DNA of 63,918 nucleotides, the filler included, from Thraustochytrium aureum (Eukaryota), in the NCBI GenBank assembly GCA_012862495.1. It is 7 parts of 4 records of this genome, joined end to end, with 100 filler letters (N's around TTAATTAATTAA, not from the genome) between each part and the next. Parts side by side here need not be neighbours in the genome. Positions count along the whole stretch, not along the records: positions 55,959 to 59,765 come from BLSG01000337.1; positions 59,866 to 61,890 come from BLSG01000339.1; positions 61,991 to 63,918 come from BLSG01000349.1; 4 more parts are not named here. One strand, given 5' to 3'. Shown here piece by piece: positions 55,960 to 63,918 of this stretch; within the stretch, counting starts at the first letter, position 1, and each line of letters starts with the position of its first letter. Made by a program: the position numbers and the translations under genes. The notes below the pieces were generated by a model that saw nothing but the letters and a program-made list of their open reading frames with translations, did not search any database and was not told where the DNA came from.

Positions 55960-57363
55960 TTTTTCAAGGCCGGCCACTTTGAGCAGGCCATCGCAGTGTA
56001 TTCCGAAGCCATCTTGGCGGCCCCCTCCGCGGTGCTGTTCGCCAACCGCGCGTTTGCTCACCTCAAGTTCGAGGACTTTGGGCTGGCGCGCTCGGACGCA
56101 GAAAGGGCGATCGAGCTGGACCCAAAGTATGTGAAAGGCTACTACCGCCTCGGGTCGGCGCACGCCGCGCTAGGCCACTACAAGGACGCGCTCAAGGTCT
56201 TCAAGCGAGTCGTGGCGCTCGCCCCGCGCGACCGCGACGCGCGCAACAAGTACAAGGAGTGCGAAAAGGAGGTGCGCCGCCAAGCGTTCGAGGAGGCCAT
56301 CGCGCACGAGGCGCACGCCGCGCCCTCTGACTCTATCAAAGTCGACAACATCATCGTGCCCGACTCGTACGACGGCCCGCGCTTGGCGCCGGGTGACGTG
56401 GTTACCAAGGAGTTCGTGGAGGCCATGGTGGCGCACCAGCGCGACCAAAAGCTCGTCCACAAGCGCTACGTGTGCGCCATGCTGATCCAGATCAAGAAGC
56501 TCCTGGAGAATGCTCCGTCACTGATCGAGGTCACTGTTGGCGACGAAAAGCTCGAGGAGGACGAGGAGCCGTTTTTCACGGTCTGCGGGGACACGCACGG
56601 CCAGTACTACGACCTGCTCAACATCTTTGAGGTTAACGGCGGGCCGCCCAGCCCGGCGCGGCCGTACCTCTTCAACGGGGACTTTGTGGACCGCGGGTCG
56701 TTCTCGGTCGAGGTAGTGCTCACGCTGTTCGCGTACAAATTGCTGTACCCAGACCACATGGTGCTGTTGCGGGGCAACCACGAGACGAAGAACATGCAAA
56801 AGATCTATGGCGCGGCAGGCGAGTTTACGCAAAAGTACGACGCCACCACGTACGAGCTCTTCTCCGAGGTGTGCCAGTACCTGCCGCTCTGCGCAACCAT
56901 CAACAGCAAGGTGATCGTCATGCACGGCGGCCTCTTCACGCAGGACAACGTCAAGCTCGACGACATCAAGAAAATCAAGCGCGTGCGCGAGCCACCCGAG
57001 ACCGGCCTCATGAGCGACATCCTCTGGAGCGACCCGCAGGCGTTCAAGGGGCGCGGTCCCTCCAAGCGCGGCGTAGGCCTCTCTTTCGGGCCCGACATCA
57101 CGAAGGCCTTCCTGGAGGACAACGGTCTCGAGCTCCTCGTGCGCTCGCACGAGGTCCGTGACGAGGGCTATCTGGTAGAGCACGACGGCAAACTCATCAC
57201 CGTCTTCTCCGCACCAAACTACTGCGATCAGATGGGGAACAAGGGCGCCCTCATCCGATTCCCCAAGTCGTGCAAGCCTTCGTTCAAGCAGTTCAACGCT
57301 GTGCCACACCCTGACATCAAGCCAATGGCTTACGCCTCCAACATGGGCATGTTTGGGCTCTGA
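55960..57363 (+). CDS. PPP5C: Serine/threonine protein phosphatase 5 (TPR + PPP catalytic), 5'-truncated
   Basis: TPRs (ANRAFAHLK..AIELDPKYVKGYYR); GDTHGQ, GDFVDRG, RGNHE, HGG, RSHE, FSAPNYCDQMGN, AVPHPDIKPMAYAS. Confidence 0.97.
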   Translation, partial: FFKAGHFEQAIAVYSEAILAAPSAVLFANRAFAHLKFEDFGLARSDAERAIELDPKYVKGYYRLGSAHAALGHYKDALKVFKRVVALAPRDRDARNKYKECEKEVRRQAFEEAIAHEAHAAPSDSIKVDNIIVPDSYDGPRLAPGDVVTKEFVEAMVAHQRDQKLVHKRYVCAMLIQIKKLLENAPSLIEVTVGDEKLEEDEEPFFTVCGDTHGQYYDLLNIFEVNGGPPSPARPYLFNGDFVDRGSFSVEVVLTLFAYKLLYPDHMVLLRGNHETKNMQKIYGAAGEFTQKYDATTYELFSEVCQYLPLCATINSKVIVMHGGLFTQDNVKLDDIKKIKRVREPPETGLMSDILWSDPQAFKGRGPSKRGVGLSFGPDITKAFLEDNGLELLVRSHEVRDEGYLVEHDGKLITVFSAPNYCDQMGNKGALIRFPKSCKPSFKQFNAVPHPDIKPMAYASNMGMFGL

Positions 57364-58671
57364 CCGGACCTGTGCGTTCTGGGCTCAAGCCGGAGGATGC
57401 GGTCAAAGCCGAGGCCGCGTTTGGCGTTTGGGTCCCCTCGTCACCAACATGAGGCTCAACTAGGGCGCGAGCTGCTCGAGCGAAGGGAAGCAAATCTTTT
57501 TTTGGAACCACCTCCTTCCCCCTTGCCACGTTGAGGCGGGCTCTGCTCTGCCCTTCCTTTGGACGCGCGCCCGACAGAGACAACTAGCAGCGAGAGCCAA
57601 CGTTCCGAAGGTAGCTCGCTCGGTCCACGAAGAGCAGAGCGCGCAGGACGCTGACTGCACGGCCTAACACAGGCAAAAGTCGAACGAACCAAGCTCGCCC
57701 TCCCTTGGCGTCGCGGCATGGGCGCCAGTCCAGCACGTCGATGGCCTCGAACTGCAGGTCGAACTCGAAGAAGATGACTTTTTTTTTTTGAATTTTGANN
57801 NNNNNNNNNNNNNNNNNNNNNNNNNNNNNNNNNNNNNNNNNNNNNNNNNNNNNNNNNNNNNNNNNNNNNNNNNNNNNNNNNNNNNNNNNNNNNNNNNNNN
57901 NNNNNNNNNNNNNNNNNNNNNNNNNNNNNNNNNNNNNNNNNNNNNNNNNNNNNNNNNNNNNNNNNNNNNNNNNNNNNNNNNNNNNNNNNNNNNNNNNNNN
58001 NNNNNNNNNNNNNNNNNNNNNNNNNNNNNNNNNNNNNNNNNNNNNNNNNNNNNNNNNNNNNNNNNNNNNNNNNNNNNNNNNNNNNNNNNNNNNNNNNNNN
58101 NNNNNNNNNNNNNNNNNNNNNNNNNNNNNNNNNNNNNNNNNNNNNNNNNNNNNNNNNNNNNNNNNNNNNNNNNNNNNNNNNNNNNNNNNNNNNNNNNNNN
58201 NNNNNNNNNNNNNNNNNNNNNNNNNNNNNNNNNNNNNNNNNNNNNNNNNNNNNNNNNNNNNNNNNNNNNNNNNNNNNNNNNNNNNNNNNNNNNNNNNNNN
58301 NNNNNNNNNNNNNNNNNNNNNNNNNNNNNNNNNNNNNNNNNNNNNNNNNNNNNNNNNNNNNNNNNNNNNNNNNNNNNNNNNNNNNNNNNNNNNNNNNNNN
58401 NNNNNNNNNNNNNNNNNNNNNNNNNNNNNNNNNNNNNNNNNNNNNNNNNNNNNNNNNNNNNNNNNNNNNNNNNNNNNNNNNNNNNNNNNNNNNNNNNNNN
58501 NNNNNNNNNNNNNNNNNNNNNNNNNNNNNNNNNNNNNNNNNNNNNNNNNNNNNNNNNNNNNNNNNNNNNNNNNNNNNNNNNNNNNNNNNNNNNNNNNNNN
58601 NNNNNNNNNNNNNNNNNNNNNNNNNNNNNNNNNNNNNNNNNNNNNNNNNNNNNNNNNNNNNNNNNNNNNCC

Positions 58672-59322
<651 letters not shown>

Positions 59323-59666
59323 CTCCAGTTGGACACTGCGCAAGCTGGAGCCGCCCTCGAGCCGCTTTGCGCGTAGGTGCGGCGTGGTGGGCGAATGATG
59401 CCAGCAAACGGATTTTTCTTTTCACAACTTGGCAAGCGAGAGCGGGAGCAATGTGCTTGTACGCCAATCTCACTCGACGTGACACCCGTTGCCCTCGTCA
59501 ACTCGTGCCACGAAAACCGACGCGGCAGGTGAATCAGGCCATCATCAACCTCAAGCCAGTTGTTGCCTGCGCCAAGACAAATACCAAAACAGGTCGGTCC
59601 TCGAACGATGGCAGCTGTGCGAACTGTGTCAAAAAATTGAAAACCACACCGTGGACATTTCCGAGG

Positions 59667-59765
59667 ATGGCGGCAGCCTTGGGACTCTGCGTTGCGCTCG
59701 GCGCGCTGCTGATCGAATGCGCTACATGGTGGAGCCACGCTACCGTCGCGCAGATGGCCTTTCGT
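59667..59765 (+). CDS. Possible start of a secreted or membrane protein, cut by a linker
   Basis: MAAALGLCVALGALLIECATWWSHATVAQMAFR, hydrophobic, immediately before the linker. Confidence 0.25.
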
Positions 59766-59865
59766 NNNNNNNNNNNNNNNNNNNNNNNNNNNNNNNNNNN
59801 NNNNNNNNNTTAATTAATTAANNNNNNNNNNNNNNNNNNNNNNNNNNNNNNNNNNNNNNNNNNNN
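59766..59865. other. Artificial scaffold linker
   Basis: TTAATTAATTAA at 59810-59821. Confidence 0.95.
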
Positions 59866-61890
59866 TGAAGCGGCTCGAGCATTCCTTTGGTAGCGGTTGC
59901 GTCCACTCCCCCCACGAGCCTGTTGCTTGGGTACTTTGTTTCCGGCGGGCGAGCGGTAACGGCTGCATGAAAGTCGGTTTGGCCGCGTCGAGGTATATGC
60001 TCGGGCAACCCACCTCCTGTGACTCAGCGCGGCGACGGAGCGCCTCGACGGTCGACCTAAGGGAGGTGACGCGCTCCCGGAGGAGCAATGGAAACCGCTC
60101 GTGGAACTCTGAGGGGAAACAGGAAGACTTCACGAGGAGTCCCAGCTGGGCGAAGGCGAGCGGGCCCGCGCGAAGGAATGCGTCCGCGTCCAGCATAAGC
60201 GAGGTTTCGTCCGAGAGTTCTAGGAGAAGAGTGTCCAGGGACTGAGCACGTCTGGAAAACGGAGTCACGGGCAGGGTGGTAGGCAGGGTCTACCAGAGCA
60301 TACGCGAAGGTAATGCCCGTGAAAGCTCTGCGCAGGAAGTGGACCGCACTCGCGATGCGGTTGCGTGAATCCGCCAGGTGGGCGGGATTGAGCATCCCGT
60401 TGTCATGTACGAAGTGGAAAGCCAGAAGAGGTGCTGCAAAGGCCGGTGTGATCATCTCCGAAAGAACCGCTACTAATTCGTCTCGTGGCACGGTTCCCAA
60501 CTGCGCATGTCCTAGCGATGGGGACCACTTACCGTAAGCGCGAGTCCACTCGGCAGTCAGGGTAAACGACGGGCGCGTGGCCGGGAGGGCAGGACGCTGG
60601 TTCGCGGTACCGAAGTCACCAGCCTGCGACCCCACTGGGGTTGGCGGAGGCAAGGTTAATGTGTCAGGATGCCACCCGACTGTGGGTGCGGCCTGAGCCT
60701 GACGAAAGGCTTGGTTTTCGCGACGTAGCCGCTCAAGCTCTGCTTGCGCCGCCGGATCCCACGGCGGTGGGGTCGTCTGTTGGGCTGGGACCTGAACCGG
60801 AGGGACGGGATGTCCCTGAGGTTGTGTCGCAGCGGGCGCCGGGGATCCGGCACCACCGTGGGCCTGGACCTGGGCGGGGCCAAGGAATGGGCCTTGGGCC
60901 TGCGCCTGCGGGAGGTGTTGGCCGATGAGAGCGACTGGAGCTTGGGGCTGTACCTGAACCGGAGGGACGGGATGTGCCGGGGCGGCTGCCAGCGCAACCT
61001 GAGCCGGTTGCTGCACCTGAACCGGGGGGACGGGGTGGGCAGGGGCGATTACTGGAGCTGGAGCTGGGGCCGGGGCCGCAGCCTGCGCCTGGGCGTGAAC
61101 GCCGTGCGGTTGCTGCTGCATCGGCGGCTGGGGCATATCCCCGTTGTCGATGTCGACAGCATGCCGCGCGCGCAGCCCCAAAATCTTTTGGTAGTCCACC
61201 TTGACGTACCCCGGTTGGTGAGCGCGTTCCCACGCGTCCGGTACGGATTGGAAACCGGCGAGCAGGAGGTCCGTAAGGTGTTGGAACCCAGCGCGGTGTT
61301 CGTTGAAGCCGTAACAGCGTGTGTGAAGCTCTGGAAGGTTGCAGAAGATCATCGGGAAGGCAAGCGAGTTGACCTTCGACGCTTGGACGGGAACACCGAG
61401 AACTCGCGTGTCAGGAGGGGGGCTCCATAACGGTGGGTTCCCGAACGACCGGATGGCACCGGCCGTCTGGCACTGTTGCACTTCACGGATGCGCTGCAGG
61501 ACTGCCTCCGGAGCATCCGCCTCTCCGACGGGGTGGGCAGCTTCCGGGGCCGCCTGTACCCCGGCGGGAAGCGGCCCTGCGGCATTGTCAACCTGAGGTA
61601 CGGCCCCGATTACAGCGCCAGCCTGAGCGGGGGCTGCGTAGGCAACTCCCGGGGCCGCCTGTACCCCGGCGGGTACAGGCTCCGCAACGTTGCCTCTTTG
61701 AGGTACGCCACTCCGGCGCCGCCGGCTTGGGCGGGGGCCGCATTCACCCCGACAGGTCCTTGTTCCAAAGCGTTAGCTACGTGAGGCGCGACCGCTCCGA
61801 TTCCACCAGCTTGGGCTGGTTGGAGGTGCCCGAGGAGGGCGAGGAGCGCCTGTTGCTGTTGTTGTTGCTGCTGTTGCTGCAACTGCAGCT
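59866..61890 (-). mobile_element. Pro/Gln/Ala-rich long reading frame with two frameshifts on a 2-kb stand-alone scaffold; possible retroelement gag-like ORF
   Basis: Frames join across ~61705 and ~60275 into about 670 codons with both ends open; HPVPPVQV x3; more A/T-ending codons than host genes (judged by eye); no diagnostic RT or integrase motif seen. Confidence 0.3.
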
Positions 61891-61990
61891 NNNNNNNNNN
61901 NNNNNNNNNNNNNNNNNNNNNNNNNNNNNNNNNNTTAATTAATTAANNNNNNNNNNNNNNNNNNNNNNNNNNNNNNNNNNNNNNNNNNNN
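61891..61990. other. Artificial scaffold linker
   Basis: TTAATTAATTAA at 61935-61946. Confidence 0.95.
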
Positions 61991-62000
61991 TCCACCCACA

Positions 62001-62164
62001 CGAACCCAACGCCCGCTCCAACCCTAAACGAACCCAACGAACCCGCTCCAACCCTCAACGAACCCAACGAACCCGCTCCAACCCTCAACGAACCCAACGA
62101 ACCCGCTCCAACCCTAAACGAACCCAACGAACCCGCTCCAACCCTTAACGAACCCAACGAACCT
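62001..62164. repeat. 30-bp tandem repeat, 5 full copies (acccgctccaaccctHaacgaacccaacga)
   Basis: Units at 62011, 62041, 62071, 62101 and 62131; reads EPAPTLNEPN on + with synonymous Leu variation (cta/ctc/ctt). Confidence 0.9.
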
Positions 62165-62776
62165 GTTGAAAAAAGGAGGAACACAACGAACCTGGTGAGA
62201 AGACCTGAGAGGAACATAAAGAACCCGATCAAAACGACAAGAGAGGAACACAACGAACCTGGTCTGAGAGGAACACAAAGAACCCTGGTCGACCGGGATC
62301 TGTTGATGGGAGCGCGGTGTGACCTTGATAGAAAGAGCCGTTGGAGGGTTAGTTATTGGACCGGCGGCGGAATGAAAGGGCGAGCCGAGGATTGGGCGGG
62401 CCTGCTTCGAACGACTTGAGCTCTCGCGAGCGAACTGGCGAGCGAACTGGCGAGGATCGGGCGGAGGCGGGCAACGGCTCTTGCGCTCTTGCGGCCGTTC
62501 GTGTTTGTTGGTTTGCTTGGTTTGCTTGGTTGGTTCGCGTGGTGTGCGTGCGGTTGGCCTGGGCTTTGAACGTGGAGCTCGTTTTGCGGTTTGCGGCGGC
62601 AGCAGCTAACGCGAATCGACGCGCAGGACGTGCGGCGGCTCGTCGATCGTTCGGTTGGGAGCAAGTGCGGCGCGCGAGGTCGTGCATCGTTGCGTGGCTC
62701 GGCCTCGGTGCGGCGCTTGGCAGGCCCGTCGCCCTCTTGCCGCCGTGCGCGTGCCCGAGGGAAGTGTTTAGCGGCG

Positions 62777-63918
62777 ATGAGCGCACAGAGCGCGCGGGTC
62801 GTGCCCCCGTGGGCCACGATGTGCGACGCGGAGCTCGGCGTGAAGGCGACGGTAAGCGGCAAAGCCACCGAAGCCGAAAGGTACAACTTGCAAGCTCCGT
62901 GGACAAAGGCCGGCAACAACCCCGACGAGGAAATGAAAAACGTCAGGCGCGCCCTCGACGTGCGCGCTGTGCGACGCGCAGAGAACGCTGCCCGCGATCG
63001 CGCGCTGCGCAATCTATCGAAGGGCGACAACGAAGAGCACCAGCGGCGCGCGAAAGAGTTTCGCCAGAGACGCGCTGCTGAAGCGGCGCTCGAGTCAAAC
63101 GCCAACCGCTCCGAACGCGCGAGCGCGATCGACTCGACCACGAATAACCTTCGACGTCACGGCGCAGCCAGGAAGGAAGAGGCCCAGCGTGAACGGGAGG
63201 CGGTCTGTGCAAAAGCGCACGAGGCCGTGGAGGCGAAGCGCCGCCTTTTGGCGCAGGAGAAGGCAGCCGTGAGGGCCGAGAGGCAAAAGTCGATCGATTT
63301 TGGCGTCCATGTCTTGAAGAGCACCGCGGGGCTGCAGCGAGAGAGGCACGCCGAGGAAATTGCATACAAGCAGCAGATCGCCGACGAGTCCACCAACAAG
63401 CGACTCGCGGCGGCACAACGCGTTCGCGAAGCGCGGCTGGAAGAGACGCGAAAGGCTGCTCTGGTGCGTGAGCAGCACAAGGGCCGTGCTCAGGTCCGGG
63501 CTGCATGGATGCAGGAGGAGAAGGAGGAATGCCATTCGCGGACAGAGCAGCTTTTGCGCGAGCGCGCTGAGGCGATGCAGCACCGCGCCGCAGCCGCCCG
63601 CCAGCAGGCCGAAGCCAGCCGCGAGGAAAGTAGCAAGGTCCAAGATCATCACAGCTCTCTCAAGCAGCGTTCCCAGGTGCTCAAAGCGGAGCAGAAGAAG
63701 GCCTGGGTGGAGGAGCATCGCACAAAGCGCGACGAGGTGAACCGCACAATGGAGTCGCGCCACCTCCGCGCAGTAGAGCGCAAGCGCCTGGAGCGCCTGG
63801 AGCGCGAGCAGCGCCAGGATATTCCGTTGCAGCGCCGCGCAGAGCTCGGACGCCAGCGCAGCCTGCAGGAAAAGAAGGACGCCGCAGAGCACCTCGCAAA
63901 GCTCCAGCACGACGTTCA
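62777..63918 (+). CDS. Charged coiled-coil protein, 3'-partial (runs off the window)
   Basis: ATG at 62777 (MSAQSARVVPPWATMC...EEMKNVRRALD...), open to the window end with E/R/K/A helical content; absent from the ORF track because it has no stop. Confidence 0.7.
   Translation, partial: MSAQSARVVPPWATMCDAELGVKATVSGKATEAERYNLQAPWTKAGNNPDEEMKNVRRALDVRAVRRAENAARDRALRNLSKGDNEEHQRRAKEFRQRRAAEAALESNANRSERASAIDSTTNNLRRHGAARKEEAQREREAVCAKAHEAVEAKRRLLAQEKAAVRAERQKSIDFGVHVLKSTAGLQRERHAEEIAYKQQIADESTNKRLAAAQRVREARLEETRKAALVREQHKGRAQVRAAWMQEEKEECHSRTEQLLRERAEAMQHRAAAARQQAEASREESSKVQDHHSSLKQRSQVLKAEQKKAWVEEHRTKRDEVNRTMESRHLRAVERKRLERLEREQRQDIPLQRRAELGRQRSLQEKKDAAEHLAKLQHDV

Noticed and set aside
62011..62160. 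Telomeric (CCCTAA) repeat or CRISPR array
   Set aside because: CCCTAA appears only as isolated hexamers in two 30-bp units, and there are no spacers.

Overview
A GC-rich, gene-dense, mostly intron-poor eukaryotic draft assembly. It is probably a flagellated stramenopile such as a thraustochytrid; this is inferred from gene content and style, not proven. The window is not one contiguous locus: six artificial 100-bp joins (44 N + TTAATTAATTAA + 44 N) stitch seven scaffolds together. There are also many sized N-gaps and single-base indels that look like sequencing errors. Recognisable genes are CEP290, an IQ-motif TRPP/PKD2-like channel, separate alpha and beta subunits of NADH-type glutamate synthase, a PXA/Nexin_C sorting nexin, a 7-TM orphan, mitochondrial bL27, two head-to-head diacylglycerol-lipase paralogues, SRP receptor alpha, a WSCD-like sulfotransferase, OSGEP/Kae1, a PX protein, a YHYH protein, a carboxyl transferase, a beta-lactamase-family hydrolase, an AGFG-type ArfGAP, NOC2, PP5 and a UBE2E-type E2. 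The most notable observations are: (1) a spliced CENP-M-like kinetochore gene that the ORF track misses; (2) a sorting nexin with an apparent RUN domain where RGS normally sits; (3) the split, divergently oriented GOGAT subunits; (4) the DAG-lipase pair, one copy with a GESLG nucleophile elbow; and (5) CTAG-rich tracts recurring between convergent 3' ends. I found no CRISPR array, rRNA or tRNA.
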